Assembly (NCBI GenBank): GCA_963839615.1
Contig: CAWIVY010000008.1
Coordinates: forward strand, 535-64,534
DNA from: an uncultured Solirubrobacteraceae bacterium
GTDB taxonomy: Bacteria > Actinomycetota > Thermoleophilia > Solirubrobacterales > Solirubrobacteraceae
Direction of reading: 5' to 3'
Length of the DNA: 64,000 nt
In this document: in pieces, positions 16,947 through 25,825 of the stretch
Numbering within the stretch: the stretch's first letter is position 1
Layout: the number at the start of each line of letters is the position of its first letter
Position numbers and translations under genes: made by a program
The notes under the pieces: model-generated
Databases searched by the model: none
Told to the model about the DNA's origin: nothing
What the model saw: only the letters and a program-made list of their open reading frames with translations

Positions 16947-19547
16947 TCAGCCGCCGCCGTCGCGGCCGAGCCGGATCGACACGTCCGCGGGCCCGCCGGG
17001 TCCGGTCTCGAGGTCCAGGTCGATCGGATCGCCCGGCTGCAGGGGATCGCGCCCGAGCGAGAAGGGCACCAAGCGGACGCCGCCGGCGGCGAGCGCGGCG
17101 GCCACGAACAGCTCGTTGCCGTCCCCGCTCACGTCGAGGACGCTGACCGCCTTTCCGAAGACGGCGCCAGCGGGAGCTTCGGGCAGGCCGGAACGATCGT
17201 GTCCCGTGGGCGCGATGCCGTCACGACCGCCGCGGATCACCGTGAACCTGCCGATCTCATCCTCGCCCGGCACCTCGATGACGTCGCCCGGCGCGCCGAC
17301 GATGATGTCCCCGAAGCGGTCGCTGTCCACCCGGGCGACCGACACGGTGGAGCCGAACTCGTCGCCGTCCTGCTCCTCGCCGGGGACCTCCGCGGTCTCC
17401 TGGTTGATGACCAGCGGCTGCGTCGCGGGGCCGTCGCCGCCGCCGAGCAGCACGCGCACCTCGCCGGCGGTCGCCGCGGGGTCAGGGCCGGTGTCGCCCT
17501 GGATGACGTCCGCGGCGCCGTCCCCGTCGACGTCGCCGACGGCCAGCGCGGTGCCGCCGTCGGAGTTCACGGCCGTGCACGACCTTGGCCCGCTGTCCGA
17601 GCCGGCGCAGAAGGTCGTGTGCCCCTCGTCGGATCGATTCGCGGCTCCCGACTCGACGATGTCGAGGGTGCCGTCCGCGTTCACGTCGCCGAGCCGTGCG
17701 CGGGCGCCGAAGCCGGCGGCGGCGCCGTCGGGCGGTGCGATCGAGCGGGCGGCGTCGCCGAGCCCCTCCGGCCCGCCGAATCGGATCTGAAGCTCGCCTC
17801 CCGAGTCGCCCGTGCCCGGCGCGCCGATCACGAGGTCGTCGCGCCCGTCGTCGTTCAGGTCGCCCGCCGCGAGCGCCGAGCCGTAGCGCGCGGCGTCGTC
17901 GTCGAACGCCTGCTCCCTGTCCGGGTCGAGGCCCTCGCCCGACCCGTAGAGGACCGCGACGGCGCCGGCGTCGCGGGCGCCGATCGCGAGGTCGGCCGAG
18001 CCGTCACCGTCGAAGTCCCCGCTCGCGAGGCTCGCGCCGAACTGCCCGACCTCGCCGGACAGGCCCGCGGCGGCCGGGTCGATCGTCCGTGGGCCGGGCT
18101 CGAGCACGGCGATCGCGCCCGCGCCGGCATCGGGGACGCCGACCACCAGCTCCTGGCGACCGTTGCCATCGAAGTCGTATGCGGCCGCGCGCGCGGCCGC
18201 GGGCGCTGGCGCCGGGGGTGGGCTCGGGGAGTCATCCGAGCGCAGCAGGAGCAGCGCCACGATCGCCGCGATCGCGCCCACCGCGGCGGCGGCCAGTTCC
18301 ACGTTGCGGCGGCCGTGCCCGGCGCGGCGAGCCGGCACGACGCCGCCGGCGGGAGTCGCCTCGTCAGCGACGGGGAGCGCGGTGGTCGGTGCGGACTCGG
18401 GAGTCACCTCCCGGGGCGCCAGGGTCGGCGCGGACCACTCCGGCGGCAACTCAGGCTCGGCAGGGGTTGCCTCCGGCGCGGGCGGGTCCGGCTCTGGCTC
18501 GGGTGCGGGCGGCGGCTCGGGTTCCGGGACCGGGTCGGGCTCCGGAGTCGGCTCGGGCTCCGGGACCGGCTCGGGCTCCGGGACCGGCTCGGGCTCCGGC
18601 TCCGGGAGCGGCTCGGGCTCGGGCTCGGGCGCCGGGGGCGCCGCCGGCGTCTCGTGGGCGAACGTCGTCCAGCCCGTGTCGGACGGGGCGATCGGCTCCA
18701 GGATCGGCGCCTGCCGGCGCCAGAACGGCCCGAGCTCCGCGACGGCGAGGTGCTCGAGCGCCTCCGAGGCCTCCGCGGCGGACTGCGGTCGATCGGACGG
18801 CGCCTTCGCGAGCAGCCATTCGACCCACCTGCACAGCTCCTCCGGAACGTCCGGCGCAAGGCCGGTCAGCGGCGGCACCGGCTGGTTCACGTGCGCGAAG
18901 AGGACGGCCAGGGGCGTGTCGGAAGCCTCGAAGGGAGGACGGCCGGCCAGCATCTCGAACGCCATCACGCCGATCGCGTAGAGGTCGGTGGAGGGGGAGA
19001 GGTCCTCGTTGAGCGCCTGCTCCGGCGCCATGTACGTCGGCGTCCCCACCGCGATGCCGGTGTTCGTGAGCCGTCCGGTGAGCGCGTTGTAGGCGCGCGC
19101 GATGCCGAAGTCGGCGAGCTTGACCGCGCCCCGCGTGGTGACGAGCACGTTCTCGGGCTTGAGGTCGCGGTGCGCGACCCCGTGCCCCTCGGCGTGATCG
19201 AGCCCGGCGAGCACGCCCTCGAGCACGCCGAACACCTGCGCGCGCGTCAGCGACGGGATGAAGGGACGCAGCGAGCCGCCGGAGATGTACTCCATCGCGA
19301 TGTACGGGACGCCGTCCGCTTCGAGGAAGTCGTACAGCGTGACGATGTTCGGGTGCGCGAGCGCTCCCGCGAGCTGCGCCTCGCGCACGAAGCGCTGCGC
19401 GATCGTCGGATCGCGGCTATCGAGGTCTACGCGCTTGAGCGCGACGTCGCGATCGAGCGCAGGCTGGCGCGCCAGGTACACCACGGCCATGCCACCGCGC
19501 GCGAGGACCCGGACGATCTCGTAGCTGCCGACGCGTTGCCCGGTCAC
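16947..19547 (-). CDS. Transmembrane Ser/Thr protein kinase with Pro/Glu-rich linker and FG-GAP repeat ectodomain
   Basis: Hanks kinase motifs (HRDLKPENVL, DFGIA, APE), a PEPEPxP linker, one TM helix, then at least 6 FG..GD.dGDG..D FG-GAP repeats. Confidence 0.9.
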   Translation of the reverse strand: MTGQRVGSYEIVRVLARGGMAVVYLARQPALDRDVALKRVDLDSRDPTIAQRFVREAQLAGALAHPNIVTLYDFLEADGVPYIAMEYISGGSLRPFIPSLTRAQVFGVLEGVLAGLDHAEGHGVAHRDLKPENVLVTTRGAVKLADFGIARAYNALTGRLTNTGIAVGTPTYMAPEQALNEDLSPSTDLYAIGVMAFEMLAGRPPFEASDTPLAVLFAHVNQPVPPLTGLAPDVPEELCRWVEWLLAKAPSDRPQSAAEASEALEHLAVAELGPFWRRQAPILEPIAPSDTGWTTFAHETPAAPPAPEPEPEPLPEPEPEPVPEPEPVPEPEPTPEPDPVPEPEPPPAPEPEPDPPAPEATPAEPELPPEWSAPTLAPREVTPESAPTTALPVADEATPAGGVVPARRAGHGRRNVELAAAAVGAIAAIVALLLLRSDDSPSPPPAPAPAAARAAAYDFDGNGRQELVVGVPDAGAGAIAVLEPGPRTIDPAAAGLSGEVGQFGASLASGDFDGDGSADLAIGARDAGAVAVLYGSGEGLDPDREQAFDDDAARYGSALAAGDLNDDGRDDLVIGAPGTGDSGGELQIRFGGPEGLGDAARSIAPPDGAAAGFGARARLGDVNADGTLDIVESGAANRSDEGHTTFCAGSDSGPRSCTAVNSDGGTALAVGDVDGDGAADVIQGDTGPDPAATAGEVRVLLGGGDGPATQPLVINQETAEVPGEEQDGDEFGSTVSVARVDSDRFGDIIVGAPGDVIEVPGEDEIGRFTVIRGGRDGIAPTGHDRSGLPEAPAGAVFGKAVSVLDVSGDGNELFVAAALAAGGVRLVPFSLGRDPLQPGDPIDLDLETGPGGPADVSIRLGRDGGG
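18478..18640. repeat. Coding tandem repeat (6/18-nt periodicity, GGCTCGGGCTCCGGGACC-like) encoding (PEPEPV/T/L)n
   Basis: The repeat is directly visible in the sequence and lies inside the kinase linker. Confidence 0.85.
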
Positions 19548-19599
19548 CCGTCTCTCGTCGCAGCCTAGTCGGGCCGCAGGCTCGCACGCAACACGCGCG

Positions 19600-20097
19600 C
19601 TACTTCGAGGCGCGGAAAGAGCCGCGCATCGTCACCGTCTCGCCGCCGAAGAACTCGCTCCCGAGCACCGCATCGACGCGGAACCGGACGGCGAGCCGGC
19701 GGCCGCAGCGGACCGCGCCGAAGGTCATGCGGCCGCTCGCCTCCTCCTCCGAGGAGGACAGCTCGTTCTCGCGTTCGACCGCGAAGAGCTGCGCGCCGGT
19801 CGGCTTGTCGAAGACGAACGAGTGGGGGAAGCGCACGACGGGATGGCGCTTGACGTCGGCGACCACGGCGTTGAGCTGCCAGAACGGGCCCGAGCGTGCC
19901 CCGGCCCGGATGTGCAGCGCTCGCACCGCGACGTCCGGTTCCCAGCGGCCGCACCACACGCGCAGGTTCTGCGCGACCTGCACCGCGGTGCCGTCCATGC
20001 GCGTGATCTCGACGGAGTTGGAGACCCTCAGCTCGGCTGCCGCGGCCTCCGGCCACGCCACGAGCGCGAGCAGCACGACGAGGGGGAGGCGGCGCAT
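19600..20097 (-). CDS. Secreted hypothetical protein
   Basis: 165 aa with signal peptide MRRLPLVVLLALVAWPEAAAA. No family recognised. Confidence 0.55.
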   Translation of the reverse strand: MRRLPLVVLLALVAWPEAAAAELRVSNSVEITRMDGTAVQVAQNLRVWCGRWEPDVAVRALHIRAGARSGPFWQLNAVVADVKRHPVVRFPHSFVFDKPTGAQLFAVERENELSSSEEEASGRMTFGAVRCGRRLAVRFRVDAVLGSEFFGGETVTMRGSFRASK

Positions 20098-20117
20098 GTC
20101 GAGGCGAGTATCCCGTT

Positions 20118-20675
20118 TCAGGCGATCGCGGCGCGGACGCCGGCCTCGACGGAGTCCGCGTCCTGGGCGCCTTCGACACGGCGCAGCAGCCCGCGCTCGC
20201 CGTAGTAGCTCACGAGCGGCTCCGTCTGGCAGTGGTAGACGCGCAAGCGCTCCCTGACCGTCTCGGGGTCGTCGTCGTCGCGGTCCTGGCGGCGGCCGCT
20301 GATCCGCTCGACGACCACGTCGTCGGGCACGTCGATCAGGATCGCCGCCGTCATCTCCCGCTCATGTGCCGCGAGCGCGTCGGCGAGCGCGTCGGCCTGC
20401 GCCACGGTGCGCGGAAAGCCGTCGAGGACGATCGGCTCGCCGTCCCGGCTCGCGATCGCGTCGCGGATCATCGCGATCATCACCTCGTCCGGCACGAGGT
20501 CACCGCGATCCATGTACTCCGCGGCCCGGCGGCCGAGATCGGTGCCCGCCGCCCGTGCCTCGCGCAGCAGGTCGCCGGTGGCGAGCGCGGCGAACCCGAG
20601 CCGGTCACGGAGGCGCTCCGCCTGGGTGCCCTTGCCGCTGCCCGGCGGTCCGAGGAGCGCGATCGTCGGTTCCAT
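20118..20675 (-). CDS. adk: Adenylate kinase, short-LID type
   Basis: P-loop GPPGSGKGTQ, a DGFPRT motif and a short LID (ISGRRQDRDDDDPETVRERL). Confidence 0.85.
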   Translation of the reverse strand: MEPTIALLGPPGSGKGTQAERLRDRLGFAALATGDLLREARAAGTDLGRRAAEYMDRGDLVPDEVMIAMIRDAIASRDGEPIVLDGFPRTVAQADALADALAAHEREMTAAILIDVPDDVVVERISGRRQDRDDDDPETVRERLRVYHCQTEPLVSYYGERGLLRRVEGAQDADSVEAGVRAAIA

Positions 20676-20722
20676 CGCCGACCATCATCCCGCGCCCGCG
20701 GAAAAGCGTCCCGGGAACGACA

Positions 20723-20745
20723 AGAGCCGCCTCTCGGGCGGCTCT
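20723..20745. other. Perfect 9-bp stem / 5-nt loop hairpin in a divergent intergenic region
   Basis: AGAGCCGCC-tctcg-GGCGGCTCT. No strong U-tract follows on either strand. Confidence 0.5.
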
Positions 20746-20827
20746 AGGGCTCTTATCGGCAGCGCTGGTCGCGGACTTGAGCCCAATCGCAAAGCTGGCG
20801 CGTTGCCGCTCATCGTAGACTCCGCGC

Positions 20828-21583
20828 ATGCTCGCGCCGACCGTCATCCCGCCCCGCGGCGGCGAGGTCATCGGCGACTCGGCCGACCGCCGGGTCGAGC
20901 TCCTCTCCGACCACGAGGCCGTGCACGCGACCTGGTCGCGGTTCGGGCCGCACCGCGACGGCGCGGATCTGCACGTCCATCGCCACCACACCGATCTCTT
21001 CTACGTCCTCGCCGGCGAGCTGACCGTGCGGCTGGGTCCCGAGGGGGAGGGGACGGTCGTGCCGGCAGGGATGCTCGCGCGCGTGCCGCCGCTCGTGGTG
21101 CACGGCTTCCGCAACGCGAGCGACGAGGAGCTCCGCTACCTCAACCTCCACGCTCCCGGCCAGGGCTTCGCGGACTACATGCGCGCGCTGCGCGACGGCC
21201 GCAAGCTCGTCTACGACCAGGAGGAGCCGCCCGCGGACGGTGGCCGCCCGGCGACGGAGGCCGTCGTCGGCGGCGGCGAGGAGCGCGACGGCCACGTGGT
21301 GCTCGCGGACGTCGACGAGCTCGGCATCGCGGAGGCGTGGGGCCGGCCCGGCGCCGCGTCGCCGCCCCCGCACGTGCACGAGCGCCACGTCGAGTCGCTG
21401 TACGTGCTCGAGGGCGAGGTCGGGCTCACGCTCGGCGACCGCGGGATCCGGGCGCAGGCGGGCACGTGGGTGCAGGTGCCGCCGGGCGTCCGGCACGCCT
21501 TCTCGTTCCCCGGGTCCGAGCCGGCGCGGTACCTCAGCCTGCACACGCCGAACTGCGGCTTCGGGGCGCTCGACCAGGTCTGA
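20828..21583 (+). CDS. Bicupin-domain protein
   Basis: Two cupin-like halves (..HVHRHHTDLFYVLAGE.. and ..PHVHERHVESLYVLEGE..). TAGACT lies 6 nt upstream of the ATG, suggesting a leaderless transcript. Confidence 0.7.
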   Translation: MLAPTVIPPRGGEVIGDSADRRVELLSDHEAVHATWSRFGPHRDGADLHVHRHHTDLFYVLAGELTVRLGPEGEGTVVPAGMLARVPPLVVHGFRNASDEELRYLNLHAPGQGFADYMRALRDGRKLVYDQEEPPADGGRPATEAVVGGGEERDGHVVLADVDELGIAEAWGRPGAASPPPHVHERHVESLYVLEGEVGLTLGDRGIRAQAGTWVQVPPGVRHAFSFPGSEPARYLSLHTPNCGFGALDQV

Positions 21584-21598
21584 CGAGGGCGCCGCGCG

Positions 21599-22537
21599 TC
21601 AGGCCCGCGCGCCGCTGGCCCGCAGCTGCTCGCGCAGCCGCAGCAGCGCGAGGTCCTTCGCCTTGGCCTCGAGCATGACGTCGAAGTCGTGACCCGTGGC
21701 GACCTCCTCGAGGAACCACTCGAAGCCGATCGGGTCGATCAGGTCGGCGTGTGCCCGCAGCTGCGGCAGGACGATCGTCCGCTCGACGCGCCGTCCCACT
21801 CGCCGCGTGCGCTCCTCGAGCGCCGTCTTCGGCGTCGAGTAGTGGATCTTCGGCGCCACTCCGTCCGGCCACGTGTCGAGCGCGAGCCCGAGCGCCTCGC
21901 GGTCCGGGATCCCGTGCGGATCGTGGCAGTGGTGGTGCAGCGTGTCCCAGACGACCGGACGGGCGATCGCCGCGGCGAGTCGCAGCACGTCGCCCAGGCC
22001 GTACGAGCGGTCGTCGTTCTCCACGACGAGGCGTGCGCGGGCGGCGTCGGAGAGCAGCTCGAAGCCCTGCTCGAAGCGCTCGATCCCGGCGTCGACGCCG
22101 CCGGCCGCGCCGCCGACGTGGAGCACCACGACGGATTCCTCGCCCAGGCCCATGCCGTCCATGAGCTCGGCCTGGACCTCGAGCTCGGCGGCGGCGAGCC
22201 GGCGCGTCTCCGGGTTCTCGGAGTTCAGCACCGTGTACTGACCGGGATGGCTGGTCAGGCGGATCCCCAGCTCGCGGGCGCGCGCGCCGACCGCGGCGAG
22301 ACGCTCGGCACAGCGCGCCGGCTGATCGCGGAACTGCGTCAGCTCGGGGTGGCTGGCGTAGGGCGCCAGGCTGGTCGCCATCCGGTAGAAGCGGATGTCG
22401 TTGTCGTCGAGGTAGGACACGATCGCCTCGAGGCGGTCGAGCGACACCGAGAGGTCCGGTCCCGACTGCCAGCGGCGCGTGTCGTGCGACGGGAGCCCGC
22501 CGGCGCCGAGCACCTTGACGGCGAATCCGAGGCGCAC
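21599..22537 (-). CDS. uvsE: UV-damage endonuclease
   Basis: MRLGFAVKVLG..., TIM-barrel UvdE pattern. The GTG start at 22537 is 1 nt after the upstream TAG. Confidence 0.85.
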   Translation of the reverse strand: MRLGFAVKVLGAGGLPSHDTRRWQSGPDLSVSLDRLEAIVSYLDDNDIRFYRMATSLAPYASHPELTQFRDQPARCAERLAAVGARARELGIRLTSHPGQYTVLNSENPETRRLAAAELEVQAELMDGMGLGEESVVVLHVGGAAGGVDAGIERFEQGFELLSDAARARLVVENDDRSYGLGDVLRLAAAIARPVVWDTLHHHCHDPHGIPDREALGLALDTWPDGVAPKIHYSTPKTALEERTRRVGRRVERTIVLPQLRAHADLIDPIGFEWFLEEVATGHDFDVMLEAKAKDLALLRLREQLRASGARA

Positions 22538-22538
22538 G

Positions 22539-23492
22539 CTAGCCCAGCACCGCCGCGAGCGGCACGAGCGCGTACTCGAGGAAGAAGAGCTTCCAGACGC
22601 GCATGTAGAACGTGGTGAACGACGCGGGATCCAGCGGATCGGTCGCCGCGCTCATGCCCCAGAGCAGCGCGAGCGCGGCCAAGTGGGTGGCGGCGAGCAC
22701 GACCGGCGCGACGGAGTCGAGCAGGAGCGGCCCGGCGACCGCCATCCCGAGGTAGGCGACGCTCAGGGCGGCGAGCCCGATCCGCAGGACGCGCCCGGCG
22801 CCGAGCCGCAGCGTGAAGGTCGCGATGCGGAAGCGGCGGTCGCCCTCGGCATCGGGGACGTCCTTGAGGATCGCGATCGCGAACGAGAACGGGACCACGA
22901 ACAGCGTCAGCGCCCACACCGGGTCCGGCACCGACCAGCCGCCGTCGCCGAGCGACTGCGTGAAGTGCAGCGCGACGCCGAGGTTCACCACCAGCGACCG
23001 CACCGCCGTGATGCTCAGCGAGGCCAGCGCGGGATATCGCTTCAGCCGCAGCGGCGGCACGGAGTACGCGGTGCCGACGGCGAGCCCGGCGAGCACCGCG
23101 AGCGTCTCGACCGCGCCCTGGGTGAGGCCGAGCACGACCGGGAGGACGCCGCAGACCGCGACGATGCGGCGCGCCGCGGCGATCGTGAGCTCGCCGCTCG
23201 CGAGCGGGAGGAACGGCTTGTTGACGCGGTCGATCTCGACGTCCTCGAGCTGGTTGACGCCGACGATGTAGACGTTGACGCAGAAGCCGGCGAGCAGCGT
23301 CCAGGCGAGGTCTCCGATCCCGTCCGCGAAGCCGACGCCGGGGAGCGCGTCGATGCAGAGCACGTAGAGCCCCGCGATGCTCGCGGCCGTGCCGATGACG
23401 GTGTGCGGCCTGGTGAAGCGCCAGAACGCCGTGGCCCGGGCCGCCAGCACGGCGCCGCCGGCCGCTTGCAGCCTCGTGGCGCGGCCCGTCAC
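22539..23492 (-). CDS. UbiA-superfamily aromatic prenyltransferase, homogentisate phytyl/geranylgeranyl-transferase-like
   Basis: NQLEDVEIDRVNKPFLPLASGE and KDVPDAEGDRRF motifs. The GTG at 23492 overlaps the upstream TGA (GTGA). The longer 420-aa ORF extension overlaps the methyltransferase and is Arg/Ala junk. Confidence 0.8.
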   Translation of the reverse strand: MTGRATRLQAAGGAVLAARATAFWRFTRPHTVIGTAASIAGLYVLCIDALPGVGFADGIGDLAWTLLAGFCVNVYIVGVNQLEDVEIDRVNKPFLPLASGELTIAAARRIVAVCGVLPVVLGLTQGAVETLAVLAGLAVGTAYSVPPLRLKRYPALASLSITAVRSLVVNLGVALHFTQSLGDGGWSVPDPVWALTLFVVPFSFAIAILKDVPDAEGDRRFRIATFTLRLGAGRVLRIGLAALSVAYLGMAVAGPLLLDSVAPVVLAATHLAALALLWGMSAATDPLDPASFTTFYMRVWKLFFLEYALVPLAAVLG

Positions 23493-24292
23493 CTCGCGTG
23501 GCGCTCCTGCAGCCTGTGGCGGAGCGCGAGCGCCGCCGCGAGCGGCACGAAGAGCGCGCCCGCCAGCGATCCGCCGGCGAAGCGCAGCGACGAGCGCACG
23601 ACGCCGGCCCGCGCCGGCTCGGCCGGCGGCGGGAGCGCCAGCGGCGAGGCGCCGGCGGCCGGCTTGCGCCCGCTCACGGCGACCGCGTACGCGCCTTGTC
23701 CGCGATACCAGGTCGGCGCCAGGGTCCGCAGCTCGATGTCGGCGAAGCCCGCCCGGCTGAGCAGCTCCACGTACTGCGCCTCCGTCGGGAAGAGCATCCA
23801 CGCCTCCGCGAGCCGCCGCGCCAGCGCGTTGGCCGGCCGTACCGGGCCGATGACGACCGCCCGCCCCTCAGCGCGCAGGACGCGGTAGGCCTCGGTGATC
23901 GCGCGCTGCGGCTCGGGCCAGTACTCGATGCTGCCGGCCGACACGTAGCGATCGAAGCTGTCGGCCGCGAAGGGCAGGTCCTCGGCGTCGCCGATCACCT
24001 TCGCGCAGCGCTCGAGCGCCGGCTTCGCCCGCGCGCGCGCCAGCTGGTGCGGGCTCTGGTCGAGCATCGTGACGTGCTCGGGATCGACGTGCTCGACGAT
24101 CCCCTCGGTCGTGAAGCCGGTGCCGGCGCCGACGTCGAGCGTGCGCAGCGCGCGCTCGTCCAACCCGGCCGCGACGAGCGCGCTCGCGCGCATCGCCGGC
24201 GTCCAGAACAACGGGTTGACCCAGCGGTCGTAGACGAGCGAGAGCACCCGGTAGAACCAGTACGCCTCGGTCTTGTGCTGCAGCAGCCGCAC
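23489..24292 (-). CDS. SAM-dependent methyltransferase, VTE3-like (MPBQ/MSBQ methyltransferase type)
   Basis: LLQHKTEAYWFYRVLSLVYDRWVNP..W N-terminus, SAM motif LDVGAGTGFTT and a C-terminal hydrophobic tail. Confidence 0.75.
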   Translation of the reverse strand: MRLLQHKTEAYWFYRVLSLVYDRWVNPLFWTPAMRASALVAAGLDERALRTLDVGAGTGFTTEGIVEHVDPEHVTMLDQSPHQLARARAKPALERCAKVIGDAEDLPFAADSFDRYVSAGSIEYWPEPQRAITEAYRVLRAEGRAVVIGPVRPANALARRLAEAWMLFPTEAQYVELLSRAGFADIELRTLAPTWYRGQGAYAVAVSGRKPAAGASPLALPPPAEPARAGVVRSSLRFAGGSLAGALFVPLAAALALRHRLQERHAR

Positions 24293-24314
24293 CCGTCGGG
24301 CACTCTACGACGCA

Positions 24315-24857
24315 GTGTCGCCCTCGCCCCCCGATCTCGATCGCTGGCTCCCCGACGCGACCGTCCGCACCGAGCATCGGCGCACCGCGGCCGCCGGGCC
24401 CGATGCGCTCTGGCGCGCCGCCCAGGAGATCCGGATCGCCGACACGCGGAGGCTCGGACGCCTGGTCCGCTGGCGGATCCCGGGCACGCCCGCGAAGCGG
24501 CGCTACGCCCAGCTCTTCCGCGGCTATCCGTTCACCGTGCTCGACGAGGGCGAGCGCCACCTCGTCTCCGGGCTGTGCGGCCGGATCTGGACCGTGGACC
24601 GCGACTACCCGCGGCTCGACGGGCCCGCCGACTTCACGGCCTGGGATCAGCCGTGCACGGTGCGCGTGCTGTTCGCGCACTGGGTCACGCCCGCCGGGGA
24701 CGAGCGGGCGCAGCTGAGCAGCGAGACGCGCGTCGAGGCGGTCGACCGTCAGGCGTCGGTGCGGCTCAAGGCGCTGTGGACCGTGATCGGCCGCTTCGAG
24801 CCACTTGTCGGCGCCGAGCCGCTCAAGCTGGCCGCTCGCCGTGCGGAGACCGGCTGA
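24315..24857 (+). CDS. Hypothetical protein, SRPBCC/DUF2867-like (start uncertain, GTG 24315 proposed)
   Basis: The ORF is divergent from the methyltransferase. The composition and pattern resemble ligand-binding SRPBCC proteins, but family assignment is weak. Confidence 0.4.
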   Translation: MSPSPPDLDRWLPDATVRTEHRRTAAAGPDALWRAAQEIRIADTRRLGRLVRWRIPGTPAKRRYAQLFRGYPFTVLDEGERHLVSGLCGRIWTVDRDYPRLDGPADFTAWDQPCTVRVLFAHWVTPAGDERAQLSSETRVEAVDRQASVRLKALWTVIGRFEPLVGAEPLKLAARRAETG

Positions 24858-25806
24858 GCGGAAGGCCGAGCTCGAGCCCCGCGAGCGGCGAGCGGCCGTC
24901 GAAGAGCAGGCGCCCTCCGCGTCGCACCCGCAGCGCGAGGCTGCCGGCCAGATGCTGGCGCGACCGCGGCTCGCCGCGCTCCTCGGCGGCGACGGGGACG
25001 AGCAGCTCGTGCGGATCGCCGCCGTCGGCGTCGCCCGCGATCTCGACGTCGTAGCCGCGCCCGCGCGTTCGCAGCAGCCAGCTTCCCGGCGCCAGGGTGA
25101 CGCGCGTGCTGTCCAGGGGCGGCGCCAGCGCGATGACCCGGCGGCCCAGCCGGACCACCACCGCCGTCGGCGCGACCTCTGCGCCGGCGAGCGGGATGCG
25201 GCCGCCCGCGAACGAGACCGAGACGTCATCGTCGCCGAACGTCGCGGCGTGGCCCCACCACCAGCGCCCGGGAAAGCCGTGACCCCAGTTCTTCTCGGCG
25301 TAGCCCACGGCCCCGTCGAGGTCGAGCTCGAGGTCGCCGGCGCGGACCCGGCCACGCACCCGGGCCGAGAGCACGACCGGATGCCAGTACTGCGGCAGCC
25401 ACGGGATCGCATGCGCGAGGCCGATCGCCCCGAACGCCCGGCGCGGCCATGCGACGACGTCGTGCAGCGAGACGTCCAGCCGCGCGTCCGCGCCCATGTC
25501 CACCGACAGCGACGCGGAATCTCCGCGCAGCACCCGCCCGGCAGTCACGCCGAACGCCCGCGGGTCCGCCGCAGCGGTCCGCGTGATCTCGGTCCGCGCG
25601 AAGCCGCCGGGGTGCGCGGCGAGCGTGCTCAGTCCCCAAGGCCCGTCCGGCCCGCGGCAGACTGCGCTCAGGGCGACGACGACCGCTCCGCTCGCGGGAT
25701 CGACGATGCGCCAGTAGCAGCCCTCGAAGGGAACGCCGTGGGCCGCGGCGGGATCGCCGAACGGGAGGTCCGCGCCGCGGGCACGGTACGCGCTCGTCCA
25801 GCTCAT
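24823..25806 (-). CDS. Tocopherol-cyclase-family protein
   Basis: YAEKNWGHGFPGRWWWG motif, as in VTE1/PF14249. The ATG at 25806 (MSWTSAY..) avoids overlap with ligA. Confidence 0.75.
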   Translation of the reverse strand: MSWTSAYRARGADLPFGDPAAAHGVPFEGCYWRIVDPASGAVVVALSAVCRGPDGPWGLSTLAAHPGGFARTEITRTAAADPRAFGVTAGRVLRGDSASLSVDMGADARLDVSLHDVVAWPRRAFGAIGLAHAIPWLPQYWHPVVLSARVRGRVRAGDLELDLDGAVGYAEKNWGHGFPGRWWWGHAATFGDDDVSVSFAGGRIPLAGAEVAPTAVVVRLGRRVIALAPPLDSTRVTLAPGSWLLRTRGRGYDVEIAGDADGGDPHELLVPVAAEERGEPRSRQHLAGSLALRVRRGGRLLFDGRSPLAGLELGLPLSRSPHGERPA

Positions 25807-25825
25807 CTCACCTACCGTACGGGGC

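Noticed and set aside
18478-18640. Short tandem repeats (PEPEP linker at 18478..18640; Gly/Ala tail at 58590..59040) as a possible CRISPR array or minisatellite.
   Set aside because: The units are 6-18 nt with no unique spacers, and they sit in frame inside coding regions. They are low-complexity coding repeats.
22539-23801. Long N-terminal extensions of several ORFs: prenyltransferase to 23801, STAS to 7424, lipase to 7054, GH3 to 29693, ALDH to 35613, MocR to 48781, HDAC-like to 43987.
   Set aside because: The extensions overlap neighbouring real genes or are Arg/Ala-rich junk. Internal starts give canonical N-termini, stop-start overlaps or visible RBSs.
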